Part shown: positions 20,831 to 31,318 of the stretch, piece after piece
How the letters are laid out: every line of letters begins with the position of its first letter
Position numbering within the stretch: the first letter of the stretch is position 1
Assembly (NCBI GenBank): GCA_021647505.1
Contig: JAKIUN010000001.1
Location: forward strand, 17,828-81,827
Length of the DNA: 64,000 bases
Origin: Gammaproteobacteria bacterium
GTDB lineage: Bacteria > Pseudomonadota > Gammaproteobacteria > SZUA-152
Direction of reading: 5' to 3'
The notes under the pieces: model-generated
Database searches by the model: none
The model's input: only the letters and a program-made list of their open reading frames with translations
Told to the model about the DNA's origin: nothing
Translations under genes and position numbers: made by a program

Positions 20831-21232
20831 TCAACCCTTGCTGACGGGCTCCGCCGTGGCCGGAGTCGTGGGTGTCGCATGCAGCGAAGCCAGCGGTGCA
20901 CGGCGCTCATCGGCAAAGTTTTCCAGGAAGGCCAGCGCACTGTTATAGACAATGGCGCCGGCATCGGCGGCCAGATCCAGGGCGCGATGGGCATCCGAAC
21001 GCAGGCGAGCCGGCAGGCCTTCAGTGCGGGCTTCTTGCAGCATTTTCTCAGAAAACACATTGTCGCGGATCTGCTCGGAGATACTGAGAGCCATCGCCAA
21101 TTCGCGTTCCAGCACATCCGCCGATGCCTCGCCCACGGCACGCGAGGCGCGAACCACGGCCCGAACCGAGCGGACAACGTCTTCCAGGCCGGTAGGTTGT
21201 TCATTGACGACAGACTCGGTGTGTGTGCTCAT
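20831..21232 (-). CDS. Hypothetical alpha-helical protein (phasin-like?)
   Basis: 133 aa, Ala/Arg/Glu-rich helical, Pro/Thr-rich tail; assignment weak. Confidence 0.3.
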   Translation of the reverse strand: MSTHTESVVNEQPTGLEDVVRSVRAVVRASRAVGEASADVLERELAMALSISEQIRDNVFSEKMLQEARTEGLPARLRSDAHRALDLAADAGAIVYNSALAFLENFADERRAPLASLHATPTTPATAEPVSKG

Positions 21233-21636
21233 ATTTATGCCCCCTGGCAGGTACTGGATACGGTTCAGGTTGATTCAATCAGATTATAGTACCGGAAATC
21301 AGTGTGGCAATGCCAAGCCGAACGACACCCAACCACCACCCGAGCCCAGTACTTGAACCCAGTGGCTGAACAGGCTGATCATTGCTAATATAATAGCTTG
21401 CATAACAGTAACAAATCTCAGTATGAGGCGGTCAACCGCAGATTCCAGGTTGACGCAGACGGCGCGGATAAACCTGACCACCGAGCAGCTCGCTAAATGG
21501 GGTGATATTACCATTCGGCTTCGGTAGGGTATTTGCAGCTTGCATCACCAATTTATCAGGTGCAGGCTCTGCACAAGATGTAGACGTTTGATCATGGACT
21601 GTGGGAAAAAATCATCCCGATCATAGGAGGTGGCCC

Positions 21637-22626
21637 ATGCGAATTTTACTGGTGAATCCGAGGGGCTACTGTGCCGGTGTCGAGATGGCGATCAAGAGCC
21701 TCGAACTGGCCCTGCAGCGCTTCGGTGCCCCGCTGTATGTCTATCACCAGATCGTCCATAACGCTTATCTGGTCGAGCATTTTTCTGCGCGCGGCGTTGT
21801 GTTCATCGATGACCTGCAGGATGTGCCGGTAGGCGCAACCCTCATGTACAGTGCTCACGGCGTGTCACCCGGCATACGACAGGAGGCACAAGCACGTGAA
21901 TTGAACGTTATCGATACCACCTGCCCACTGGTCACCAAGGTGCATGGTGAGGCGGTGCGCTATGCGCGCAGGGGCTATACCCTGGTGCTGGTAGGCCACC
22001 GCGGCCATGACGAGGTGGTCGGCATCATGGGTGAGGCGCCGGGCGCCATCCATCTGGTGCAGTCGGTGGAGGAGGTGGCGGCCCTTGATATCGGCAGACC
22101 CGAGCGTATCGCTTATCTGACCCAGACCACCCTCAGCGTGGCCGACAAACAGGACATCGAGGCGGCCCTGCTACGGCGTTTCCCTCACATCGAACAGCCC
22201 CGTACGGACGACATCTGCTACGCCACCCACAATCGCCAGCAGGCCGTGCGCAAGCTGGCCGCCAAGGCACAACTTGCGATTATCATCGGCAGTCAGAACA
22301 GCTCCAACTCGCGGCGTCTTGCCGATATCGCCCAATCACTGGGTACACCTGCGCGGATGATTGACGGCCCTGAAGAGCTCCAACAACATTGGTTCACGAC
22401 CGTTGGCACCGTATTACTGACCTCCGGCGCCAGTGTGCCGGAGAGCCTGGTTGATGAAACACTGGACTGGCTGAGACAGCACTTCGACGCCTCCATCGAA
22501 GAGCAGAGCGCCAAACAAGAAACCCAGCATTTCCATATGCCGCCACAGTTGCGACGCCTCCGGGAAAGAATCGGTATACCATCAACCGTGAACGTCCAGG
22601 ATCCGGAAAAGGCTACATTGCCATGA
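21637..22626 (+). CDS. ispH: 4-hydroxy-3-methylbut-2-enyl diphosphate reductase
   Basis: ORF from GTG 21601; proper start MRILLVNPRGYCAGVEMAI at ATG 21637 after ggaggtg SD; canonical IspH N-terminus. Confidence 0.9.
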   Translation: MRILLVNPRGYCAGVEMAIKSLELALQRFGAPLYVYHQIVHNAYLVEHFSARGVVFIDDLQDVPVGATLMYSAHGVSPGIRQEAQARELNVIDTTCPLVTKVHGEAVRYARRGYTLVLVGHRGHDEVVGIMGEAPGAIHLVQSVEEVAALDIGRPERIAYLTQTTLSVADKQDIEAALLRRFPHIEQPRTDDICYATHNRQQAVRKLAAKAQLAIIIGSQNSSNSRRLADIAQSLGTPARMIDGPEELQQHWFTTVGTVLLTSGASVPESLVDETLDWLRQHFDASIEEQSAKQETQHFHMPPQLRRLRERIGIPSTVNVQDPEKATLP

Positions 22627-22740
22627 ACCGGCAAACCTGTTGAGTCCTGAGATACCACCCGGGAAAGAATGCCGGCCCTTCCTTTACCCGCCCTCACCCC
22701 CTATCCTATGCCGCTTTCCCCGGCTTGAGGATCACTCCGC

Positions 22741-23631
22741 ATGGCTGTTCTGCTGCAAGCTACCCATCTGATCAAACGTTTCGGCGACGTCGTGGCCGTC
22801 AACGGCGTCAGCTTCGGTCTCGAAGCGGGCACCTGCTTTGGCCTACTGGGCCCCAACGGCGCAGGCAAGACTACTATCATCGAAATGCTCGAAGGCATCA
22901 CCCTCGCCGATAGTGGCGAAATCCTCTATCGCAACAAGCCTGCGGGTGCAGATTTCCGCAACGACGCCGGTATCATGTTTCAGTCCACCGCTCTGCAGGA
23001 TTACATGACAGTCCGCGAGGCATTACAGATGTTCGGCAGCTTCTACCCACGCACCACACCCATCGACGAACTCGTCGATACCTGCTCGCTGGGTGAATTT
23101 CTTGATCGCGACAGCCGCAAGCTATCCGGCGGACAGCGCCAGCGCCTGTTGCTGGCCATTGCCCTGATCAACAACCCACAGGTGGTGTTCCTCGACGAAC
23201 CCACCACCGGCCTCGACCCGCAGGCACGACACAATCTGTGGGCACTGGTGAAACGCATCCGTGCACAGGGAAAGACCATCCTGCTTACCACCCATTACAT
23301 GGAAGAGGCCTACGAACTGTGTGACGAAATCGCCATCATGGATCACGGTAAGATCATCACTCGCGGCTCACCCAAGACTCTGCTGGCCGAGCATTTTGAC
23401 GAGGTAATACTGCAACTTCCACGCACTGATATTCCCGGCGACCCAACCGAACTCCCCCTGCCGGTCACCCTGCACGAGGAAGAAGAGACGGTGGAAATCC
23501 TCAGCCGTGACATCAATGCCACCATTCGCACCCTGCTCGATAACGACATCTCCCTGGCCGGCTTGCAAATCCGTCCACGCACCCTCGAAGACCTGTTCCT
23601 GGCCCTCACCGGCAAGGGGCTACGCGCATGA
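22741..23631 (+). CDS. ABC transporter ATP-binding protein (ABC-2 / drug-exporter type)
   Basis: Walker A GPNGAGKTT, signature LSGGQRQR, Walker B VVFLDEPTTGLD. Confidence 0.85.
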   Translation: MAVLLQATHLIKRFGDVVAVNGVSFGLEAGTCFGLLGPNGAGKTTIIEMLEGITLADSGEILYRNKPAGADFRNDAGIMFQSTALQDYMTVREALQMFGSFYPRTTPIDELVDTCSLGEFLDRDSRKLSGGQRQRLLLAIALINNPQVVFLDEPTTGLDPQARHNLWALVKRIRAQGKTILLTTHYMEEAYELCDEIAIMDHGKIITRGSPKTLLAEHFDEVILQLPRTDIPGDPTELPLPVTLHEEEETVEILSRDINATIRTLLDNDISLAGLQIRPRTLEDLFLALTGKGLRA

Positions 23632-24677
23632 ACTGGCACCGTTTTCTGGCCGTGCTCAAGGCCCGCAATCGCGAATTCATCCGCGACCGTGCGGCACTGG
23701 GCTGGAACATCATCTTTCCGATATTCATCGTCGCCGGTTTCGCCTTCGCCTTTTCCGGCAAGCCCATGGATCTATACAAGGTCGGCGTCTATGGCACAGA
23801 CTCCGTGCAGAAACTGGCGGAGGCAGAAAAGACGCAGCCCTTCTTCCGCACTGACTACATCCGCTTCATCCCCGTCAGCGAACTGGCCCCCGCCCTCACC
23901 AAGGTGGAACGTCACCAGTTGGACATGCTGTTCGACCTCGACCAGCACTATTACTGGATCAACCGGGACTCACCCAAGGGCTACATGCTGGAGCGGATCC
24001 TGCACGGAGCAGACACACCGGCGGATACAGCAAACCACTCCACCGGCGACTTCCAACGGCAGACCGTCAGCGGCCGTGAAATCCGCTACGTGGACTGGCT
24101 GATCCCCGGTGTACTGGCCATGAATATGATGTTCTCTGCGCTCTTCGGCGTTGGTTACGTGATCGTGCGCTATCGTAAAAGCGGTGTACTCAAACGTCTG
24201 CAGGCCACGCCCGTGACCGCCTTTGAATTTCTCACCGCGCAGGTGGTGTCGCGTCTGTGGCTGATCCTCGCTATCACCAGCGGCGTCTACGCCGGCGCCA
24301 ACCTGTTCATCGACTTCAGTATGTTCGGCAGCTACGTCCTGCTCCTGCTGGTGTTTACCCTTGGCGCCATCAGTCTCATCAGCCTCGGCCTGCTGGTGGC
24401 CGCACGCATTGCCAGCGAAGAACTGGCCGGCGGCATTCTCAACGTACTGAGCTGGCCGATGATGTTTCTCTCCGGGGTGTGGTTTTCACTGGAGGGAGCC
24501 AATCCGCTGATTCAACAATTGGCATTATTGTTTCCATTAACGCACATCATCGATGCCTCACGCGCTATTATGATCGACGGCGCAGGACTGGCAGGAATCA
24601 GCACACAGCTACTGGTGCTAACCCTGATGAGCGGGGTTTTTCTGCTGCTGGGTGCAGCGCTGTTTCGTTGGAAATAG
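23628..24677 (+). CDS. ABC-2 family transporter permease
   Basis: 349 aa, six predicted TM helices, 4-nt overlap with upstream ATPase. Confidence 0.8.
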   Translation: MNWHRFLAVLKARNREFIRDRAALGWNIIFPIFIVAGFAFAFSGKPMDLYKVGVYGTDSVQKLAEAEKTQPFFRTDYIRFIPVSELAPALTKVERHQLDMLFDLDQHYYWINRDSPKGYMLERILHGADTPADTANHSTGDFQRQTVSGREIRYVDWLIPGVLAMNMMFSALFGVGYVIVRYRKSGVLKRLQATPVTAFEFLTAQVVSRLWLILAITSGVYAGANLFIDFSMFGSYVLLLLVFTLGAISLISLGLLVAARIASEELAGGILNVLSWPMMFLSGVWFSLEGANPLIQQLALLFPLTHIIDASRAIMIDGAGLAGISTQLLVLTLMSGVFLLLGAALFRWK

Positions 24678-24688
24678 AGATCACTGAC

Positions 24689-25651
24689 ATGAACAAAAAT
24701 GAACAACTACAGCAACAACTGAGCGAACTGCGGCACGAGAACCAGCAGCTGAAATATGCGCGCGAGAACGACCAGCAGAAAAAGCAGCGCGTACATCTCG
24801 AAGAACTAGTGGCCGACCGCACCCAGGAGTTGAGCAGCATCAATGAACAGTTGCGCAAGGAGATTACCGAACGCGAACAGGCCGAGGAGATCGCCCGCCA
24901 GCATCAGGAAAAACTGGCACACGTGGCTCGCATCAACACCGTGGGTGAAATGGCCTCCGGCCTGGCCCACGAAATCAACCAGCCACTGGCCGCCATTGCC
25001 ACTTACACCCAAGGCTGCCTGCATCGCCTGCGTAAGGCCGATGACGACCCGCAAAAGCTCGGCCCTATCCTGGAACAGATCATCGTCCAGGCGCAACGCG
25101 CCGCCACCATCGTTCAACATCTACGCAACTTCGTGACCAAGGGCAAACCACACCGCGAACTCACCGACATCACCCAGGTGGTACGCCGTGCCGTAAGCCT
25201 AGTACGTGGTGAAATTCTTAGCAACGAGATCAAACTGGATATCCTGCAAGACGCCACCTTACCGCCGGTCAATGCCGATGCTATCCAGGTGGAACAGGTC
25301 ATCCTTAACCTGCTGCGCAACGCCATCGATGCACTGAGTGAAGTAAAGGAAGGTGTAGAAGGCGACCGCAAAGAATTAAAGATCATGCTCGACTGCTGCG
25401 AAAATCAGGAGATCAGCATCACCATCAGTGACACCGGCCCTGGCTTCAGCGACGACACCCGGGATAAGCTCTCCTCGCCCTTCTTCAGCACCAAACCCGA
25501 AGGTATGGGACTGGGGCTGGCCATCAGCACCACTATCATTGAGGATCACGGCGGTCATCTCAGCCACGAAGTCAATGATGCCGGTGGCGCCACCTTCCGC
25601 TTCACTCTGCCTGCAAACGGTCGGCGCAGTGAGCGGCACGCACAGGCCTAA
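24689..25651 (+). CDS. Soluble sensor histidine kinase (coiled-coil N-terminus, HisKA + HATPase_c; no obvious sensor domain)
   Basis: Track ORF 24257..25651 is an out-of-frame extension over the permease; real start MNKNEQLQQQLSELRHENQQLKY at ATG 24689; H-box GLAHEINQPL; G-box DTGPGF; GLGLAIS. Confidence 0.8.
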   Translation: MNKNEQLQQQLSELRHENQQLKYARENDQQKKQRVHLEELVADRTQELSSINEQLRKEITEREQAEEIARQHQEKLAHVARINTVGEMASGLAHEINQPLAAIATYTQGCLHRLRKADDDPQKLGPILEQIIVQAQRAATIVQHLRNFVTKGKPHRELTDITQVVRRAVSLVRGEILSNEIKLDILQDATLPPVNADAIQVEQVILNLLRNAIDALSEVKEGVEGDRKELKIMLDCCENQEISITISDTGPGFSDDTRDKLSSPFFSTKPEGMGLGLAISTTIIEDHGGHLSHEVNDAGGATFRFTLPANGRRSERHAQA

Positions 25652-25700
25652 CCCTGGGGTAATTACTTATAAAAACAGGTAATTACCCCAGGGTTAGGCC
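25645..25700. repeat. Perfect 22-bp palindrome ggcctaaccctggggtaattac / gtaattaccccagggttaggcc with 12-nt loop, containing the HK stop codon; no U-tract
   Basis: read directly. Confidence 0.85.
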
Positions 25701-25795
25701 ATACTCACCCCAATACCCGCTGCTGTCGCGTGTCGCTATAGTGCGCAGCTTGGCAAGCCCACCTGAGCCAACCAAACGCTTGCCGGCCCACAAAT

Positions 25796-26152
25796 GTGGT
25801 CTCAACCATGGCTCACAACGCGCGTAAACAGACCTACAGGGAGTTTCTCGGAATTATGGAACGCCGCCACCAGACCCGCAGCCTTACCAATACCCCGACC
25901 CGTATCAGTTACGAACCGCTGGGCATTATTAGCGCCCATATTCGCAACTTCAGCCAGAATGGTCTCTTTGTCGAACTGGATCCGGCGAAATTAAAGCTCA
26001 ACCACACGGTTGAGATTATTGCCGAAAGCCTCAGCTACATGCGTGCCATAGCACCGGTAAAGGCCATCATCGTCCGCAGTACACCCAAAGGCATCGGCCT
26101 GAGTTTTCTTGAGCCCTGCCCGAGACTCATCGACACCTTAAGCTCGCTGTAA
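25796..26152 (+). CDS. PilZ domain protein (single domain)
   Basis: 118 aa; RRHQTR (RxxxR) and NFSQNGLFV (D/NxSxxG) motifs. Confidence 0.7.
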   Translation: MVSTMAHNARKQTYREFLGIMERRHQTRSLTNTPTRISYEPLGIISAHIRNFSQNGLFVELDPAKLKLNHTVEIIAESLSYMRAIAPVKAIIVRSTPKGIGLSFLEPCPRLIDTLSSL

Positions 26153-26245
26153 AGTACCCTTTAACAAGTAACGGGCATTACAAAACATTCCGCACCCATC
26201 CTAAATGCATGACGGACGCGATAAAACCGAATAAGAAAACAAATT

Positions 26246-26584
26246 ATGGACAATTCCATGGACAGTGACAATCGCTGGAGTGAACGTCAGGACATACAAC
26301 TGCACATCACCCTGCTATACGATGGGCAGGAAGTCCTCCAGGCCAATAGCAAAAACATCAGCATCGGCGGTATTTTTATCGATACCGCCTTGCCGGTTCT
26401 CGATATCGACAAAAGGCTGGATGTCTCGTTCAGCCTGCGCAGCACCAACGGAACCCAACAGCACCGCCTGCCGGCACGGGTGGTGCGCAACCACGACAAC
26501 GGTACTGCCCTCGCCTTCAGTGACTATAACACCGACACTCTCAACGCCCTGCGCGTACTGCTCTACGACGGCTTCGCTCGATAA
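26246..26584 (+). CDS. PilZ domain protein (single domain)
   Basis: 112 aa; RWSER (RxxxR) and NISIGGIFI motifs. Confidence 0.7.
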   Translation: MDNSMDSDNRWSERQDIQLHITLLYDGQEVLQANSKNISIGGIFIDTALPVLDIDKRLDVSFSLRSTNGTQQHRLPARVVRNHDNGTALAFSDYNTDTLNALRVLLYDGFAR

Positions 26585-26673
26585 ATCCCCGCCATTTTGG
26601 TATAAGATTGCCCGCCCCTGCGACAGGAAATCCTCCTGCCGTGGTAACCACTAATAATGCGGAATCACATCTC

Positions 26674-27162
26674 ATGACGTTTCGAGCCCCTTCCTTACCC
26701 ACCTATTTTATCGGCCTGGCCATCGCCTGCATCATCGGTGCCCTCGTCTGGCTTGTCCTCGGCAATACCGCCAGCACCCTGCTCCTGCTGATAGCCGGAC
26801 TCATCATTGGTCACTTTTTCGGCAGCTTTTTTCATGCGGGAGAACACGCCGAACGCCCCAGCATAAAGGCACCCGCGCGCCCGGCCGGCGACAGTGACTG
26901 CGAAATAAAATCCATCTATGTCGGCAACGTCGCCTTCAGCGCCCCACGTGAAGACCTGCAGGCACTGTTCGAGGCCCACGGCCAGGTCGTTTCCGTACGC
27001 CTGATGACGGATCGCATCACCCGCCGTCCCCGGGGTTACGGTTTTGTGGAAATGGAAAGCCAGGCAGCAGACGCCGCCATCGCCGCCCTGAATGGCATGG
27101 AATTTTTTGGTCGCAGCCTGCGCGTCAACGAGGCCAAGCAGCGTGCACCCCATCGGGATTGA
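26674..27162 (+). CDS. Membrane-anchored RNA-recognition-motif (RRM) protein
   Basis: Start MTFRAPSLPTYF at ATG 26674; two predicted TM helices (FIGLAIACIIGALVWLVL, LLLLIAGLIIGHFFGSFF); then a canonical RRM with RNP-2 IYVGNV and RNP-1 RGYGFVEM. Confidence 0.7.
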   Translation: MTFRAPSLPTYFIGLAIACIIGALVWLVLGNTASTLLLLIAGLIIGHFFGSFFHAGEHAERPSIKAPARPAGDSDCEIKSIYVGNVAFSAPREDLQALFEAHGQVVSVRLMTDRITRRPRGYGFVEMESQAADAAIAALNGMEFFGRSLRVNEAKQRAPHRD

Positions 27163-27241
27163 GATTGGGAAAGAAGGGGTTCCAGAACAGTGTAATTATC
27201 CGAAGTATGAGGCTCCATCAGAAAACATACTACACACTTGA

Positions 27242-27328
27242 CTGTAGGAGTGGCCCTCTCAGGCCGCGATGACGGACTTCCTGGCACCACGGGAACCATC
27301 ATCGCGGCCTGAGGAGCCGCTCCTACAG
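27242..27328. repeat. REP-like imperfect inverted repeat (31-bp arms ctgtaggag(t/c)ggc(c/t)c(t/c)tcaggccgcgatga) between convergent RRM and MCP genes
   Basis: Arms are reverse complements with 2 mismatches. A third half-site copy, aggagcggctcccaggccgcgatgg, lies at 31166-31190. Confidence 0.7.
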
Positions 27329-27344
27329 AACAATCTTTTAGACT

Positions 27345-29033
27345 TCAGGTCTTAAACCTGTCCGCCAGATTGCGCAATTGTGTGGCCAGCTGGGTCAGGT
27401 CTTCACTTGCCCGGGCGACCTGCTCGGAGCCGCCGACGGCGGCATCCGTGCACTGGCTGATCTGCTGGATATTCCGGTTCACCTCTTCGGCGACATGACT
27501 CTGTTCATCGGCGGCACTGGCGATCTGTGTGTTGAGGTTGCTGATCTCCTCGATGGCGGTATTGATGTTTTGCAGTGAGTCATTGACCCGGCTGGCGTTT
27601 TCCACCCCGGCCTGACTCTGCGCTTGATTTTCATCCATCACCTTGACCGCCTCCTGGGCACGCGACTGCAGGCGCTCGATCATGTTTTGAATCTCCTGCG
27701 TGGACTCCTGCGTGCGGCTTGCCAGGGTGCGGACTTCATCGGCCACCACGGCGAAACCGCGTCCCTGCTCACCGGCGCGGGCGGCCTCGATGGCGGCATT
27801 GAGGGCCAGCAGATTGGTCTGTTCAGCAATGCCTTTAATGACGTCCAGCACGCCGCCGATTTCATTGGATTCCGACTGTAACTGATGAATGACGGCGGAG
27901 GCCTTTTGGATGTCGTTGGCGAGGCTGTCCATGGCGTCGATGTTGCCATTGACGATGCTGCGCCCGTTGCTGGCCTCCTGGTTGGCCTTGTCGGCCGTTG
28001 TTGCCGCCTGTTTCGTATTGTGTGCAACCTCCTGTACCGCTGCGGCCATCTCGTTGATGGCGGTCGCCAGTTGGTCGGTCTGCATCTGCTGTTCGGTGAT
28101 CTCGGAGTTGGACTTCTCGGCGACCTGGGAGAGCTGCTGGGCAGAGTTCGTCAGGCTGTCCGTGGAGCCCTTGATATCACCCATCAGGTGTTGCAGCTTG
28201 CCGACAAAAAGATTGAACCAGTGGGCGACTTCACCCAGTTCATCCTTGCGGCTTTCATCGAGGCGCCGGGTTAGATCACCGTCACCCTCGGCGATCTCCT
28301 GCAGGGCCGCGCTCAATTGCTCGAGTTTTTTACCGATGGTCTTTTTGTAGATGAAATAGAGTAGGGCGAATATGAGCAAGGCCGTGGCGAGCAGGAAGCC
28401 GGTGATTTCGTTACTCAGCGTCGCGCCATTGGCGAGTGCCTGATCGATGGGCAGGGCGACTTCCAGTACGCCACGGACATCGTTGAGCTGCCAGTCATTC
28501 TTGGGCGTATCGGCCCTGGCATTGTGGCAGTCGACGCAGGCCTGGTTGACCATCCGGTCGGCGATGGCGACGCGTACCATGGTCTTGCCGTCGACTTCCT
28601 CGGTGCGGCTGAAAACCGTATCAGGGTTTTGGCTGAGGGTGCGCCAGGCTTCGCGGCCGAAGTCGTCCATCTGGCGGTTTTCGCGATTGGGGAACGGGAA
28701 GGCCGAGTAAAGATGGATGGAGATACCCTGTTCTTCAAGCAGACCGCTGAGGTCATGGATCATGGTCGCCGGCAGGGGGATGTTGTCGGGATTGCTTTGA
28801 TGGTCGATGGCCGGGGAAATGCCATCCTTGCCGGCGATCTTCTTGATCACGTTTTTCGTGTAATAGGCGCGCAGTGTCTTGAATTGCTGCACGGTGGTTT
28901 CGGCCTGGGAAATGGCTTCCTGCTCGGTATTTTTGCGTACCATATCGGGAATCAGCAGTGCCAGGGCAATGATGCAGATGGTAAAAACCAGGCTGATCGG
29001 TGTGAACAGCTGCCAGAACAAGGATTTCTTCAT
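27345..29033 (-). CDS. Methyl-accepting chemotaxis protein with periplasmic c-type haem (CxxCH) sensor domain (DUF3365/Tll0287-like)
   Basis: Start [27 protein letters not shown] at ATG 29033; periplasmic region contains [10 protein letters not shown]; second TM; HAMP; MCP signalling domain (..[12 protein letters not shown]..). Confidence 0.8.
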   Translation of the reverse strand: MKKSLFWQLFTPISLVFTICIIALALLIPDMVRKNTEQEAISQAETTVQQFKTLRAYYTKNVIKKIAGKDGISPAIDHQSNPDNIPLPATMIHDLSGLLEEQGISIHLYSAFPFPNRENRQMDDFGREAWRTLSQNPDTVFSRTEEVDGKTMVRVAIADRMVNQACVDCHNARADTPKNDWQLNDVRGVLEVALPIDQALANGATLSNEITGFLLATALLIFALLYFIYKKTIGKKLEQLSAALQEIAEGDGDLTRRLDESRKDELGEVAHWFNLFVGKLQHLMGDIKGSTDSLTNSAQQLSQVAEKSNSEITEQQMQTDQLATAINEMAAAVQEVAHNTKQAATTADKANQEASNGRSIVNGNIDAMDSLANDIQKASAVIHQLQSESNEIGGVLDVIKGIAEQTNLLALNAAIEAARAGEQGRGFAVVADEVRTLASRTQESTQEIQNMIERLQSRAQEAVKVMDENQAQSQAGVENASRVNDSLQNINTAIEEISNLNTQIASAADEQSHVAEEVNRNIQQISQCTDAAVGGSEQVARASEDLTQLATQLRNLADRFKT

Positions 29034-29291
29034 GGTATGAATCCCAGAATAAATTGATAGATGGATAACGGATATATAAGCAGGTATATATAAGTGAATA
29101 TATACAAGCAAAAAGAGTATCGGCAGCGTGGAGATGGGCTTTAGGAGACTTCAAGTGATCAATCTGAAACACCGGGGGGAGGGGGTAAATGGAAGTACTG
29201 TTAAGTCGGCCCGGTGCAGAATTTAGGTGTTAGTATTGCCCTTTGCCTGCAACTGCCTGCTGTCGGCACAGAATCCGCGACGAGGAACCCC

Positions 29292-31142
29292 ATGCCTGAA
29301 TACCGCTCCCGCACCTCCACCCACGGCCGCAATATGGCCGGCGCCCGCGCCCTGTGGCGCGCCACCGGCATGAAGGATGGTGACTTCGACAAACCCATCA
29401 TAGCCATTGCCAATTCCTTCACCCAGTTCGTGCCCGGTCATGTACATCTAAAGGATATGGGGCAACTGGTGGCGCGTGAGGTGGAAAAGGCCGGCGGCGT
29501 GGCCAAGGAATTCAACACCATTGCCATCGATGACGGCATCGCCATGGGGCATAGTGGCATGCTCTATTCGCTGCCCTCGCGCGAGATTATTGCCGACTCG
29601 GTGGAATACATGGTCAATGCCCACTGTGCCGATGCCCTGGTCTGCATTTCCAATTGCGACAAGATCACCCCCGGGATGCTCAATGCTGCGTTGCGTTTGA
29701 ATATCCCCGCCATCTTTGTCTCCGGCGGGCCGATGGAGGCGGGCAAGGCGGTGATCGATGGTCAGATGGTGCATCTGGATCTGGTGGATGCCATGGTCAG
29801 TGCCGCCGATGCCGCAGTGGATGACGATACGGTAATGCAGTTGGAGCGCTCCGCCTGTCCCACCTGTGGTTCCTGTTCGGGCATGTTCACCGCCAACTCC
29901 ATGAACTGCCTCACCGAGGCGCTGGGCCTGTCGTTGCCGGGTAATGGTTCTCTGCTTGCCACCCATGCCGACCGTCGCGAGTTGTTCCTCGAGGCCGGAC
30001 GACGCATCGTCGATATTACCCGCGCCTGGTACGAGTGCGACGACGCCTCGGTGCTGCCGCGCTCGGTGGCCAGCTTTGCAGCCTTCGAGAACGCCATGAT
30101 GCTGGATATCGCCATGGGTGGTTCCACCAATACCATTTTGCATCTGCTGGCGGCGGCGGAAGAGGGGCAGGTGACGTTCACCATGGACGACATCGACCGT
30201 CTCTCGCGGCGTGTGCCACAGTTGTGCAAGGTAGCGCCCTCGACGCAGAAATATCATATGGAAGACGTGCACCGTGCCGGTGGTGTGATGGGTATCCTCG
30301 GCGAGCTGGATCGTGCAGGTCTGCTCAACCGCGAGCTGCCCATGATTCATGCCCCGTCGGTGGCCGAGGCCCTGGCGCAATGGGATGTGATGCAGACCGG
30401 CGACGAGTCGGTGAAGACCTTCTTCCGTGCCGCCCCCGGCAATGTGCCTACTCAGCAGGCTTTTAGTCAGGAAAAGCGCTGGCCATCGTTGGACGACGAT
30501 CGCGCCGGGGGTTGTATCCGTGATCTGGCGCATGCCTATAGTCGCGAGGGTGGCCTCGCCGTGCTCTACGGCAATATCGCCGAGGACGGTTGTGTGGTGA
30601 AGACCGCCGGGGTGGACGAGTCCATCCTTACCTTCAGCGGCCCGGCGCGCATCTTTGAGAGCCAGGACGACGCCGTGTCGGCCATTCTTGACGACAGGAT
30701 CAAGGAAGGTGACGTGCTTGTCATTCGCTACGAGGGCCCGCGTGGGGGGCCCGGTATGCAGGAAATGCTGTATCCCACCAGCTATTTGAAATCGAAGGGG
30801 CTGGGTAAAGCCTGCGCCCTGATCACCGATGGCCGCTTTTCCGGCGGCACCTCCGGTCTGTCCATCGGACATGTCTCGCCGGAGGCCGCCGAGGGCGGCG
30901 CCATCGGTCTGGTGAGAGAGGGTGACAGCATTGAGATCGATATCCCCAATCGCCGTATTCGCCTGGCGATTCCCGATGAAGAGCTGGTAGCGCGGCGCGT
31001 GGCCATGGCAGCGAAGGGAAAGGCGGCGTGGAAGCCGGTGGATCGTGAGCGCCAGGTATCCGCCGCCCTGCGCGCCTATGCGGCGCTTGCCACCTCCGCC
31101 TCACGCGGTGCGGTGCGGGACGTGAGTCAGATCGAGAAATAG
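29292..31142 (+). CDS. ilvD: Dihydroxy-acid dehydratase
   Basis: Start [27 protein letters not shown] at ATG 29292; canonical IlvD. Confidence 0.9.
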   Translation: MPEYRSRTSTHGRNMAGARALWRATGMKDGDFDKPIIAIANSFTQFVPGHVHLKDMGQLVAREVEKAGGVAKEFNTIAIDDGIAMGHSGMLYSLPSREIIADSVEYMVNAHCADALVCISNCDKITPGMLNAALRLNIPAIFVSGGPMEAGKAVIDGQMVHLDLVDAMVSAADAAVDDDTVMQLERSACPTCGSCSGMFTANSMNCLTEALGLSLPGNGSLLATHADRRELFLEAGRRIVDITRAWYECDDASVLPRSVASFAAFENAMMLDIAMGGSTNTILHLLAAAEEGQVTFTMDDIDRLSRRVPQLCKVAPSTQKYHMEDVHRAGGVMGILGELDRAGLLNRELPMIHAPSVAEALAQWDVMQTGDESVKTFFRAAPGNVPTQQAFSQEKRWPSLDDDRAGGCIRDLAHAYSREGGLAVLYGNIAEDGCVVKTAGVDESILTFSGPARIFESQDDAVSAILDDRIKEGDVLVIRYEGPRGGPGMQEMLYPTSYLKSKGLGKACALITDGRFSGGTSGLSIGHVSPEAAEGGAIGLVREGDSIEIDIPNRRIRLAIPDEELVARRVAMAAKGKAAWKPVDRERQVSAALRAYAALATSASRGAVRDVSQIEK

Positions 31143-31165
31143 GGAGGCTGGCGCCCATTGCTGCA

Positions 31166-31190
31166 AGGAGCGGCTCCCAGGCCGCGATGG
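31166..31190. repeat. Single half-site of the REP-like family seen at 27242-27328
   Basis: aggagcggctcccaggccgcgatgg vs aggag(t/c)ggc(c/t)c(t/c)tcaggccgcgatga. Confidence 0.55.
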
Positions 31191-31318
31191 ATGCCCCGAC
31201 TTTGTCATATCTCGTGACACCGCAGAGCGGTGTGACGAGCCTGAGAATATTGGCGTCTATTCGCGTCATTTGCAGATCGCTTTTCCGCTCCATTCGCAGG
31301 CATGGCCCACTCTATGCT

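Noticed and set aside
24257-24688. N-terminal 144-aa extension of the histidine kinase ORF
   Set aside because: It overlaps the ABC-2 permease in another frame. The HK has a clean ATG at 24689 directly after the permease stop, with a coiled-coil N-terminus.
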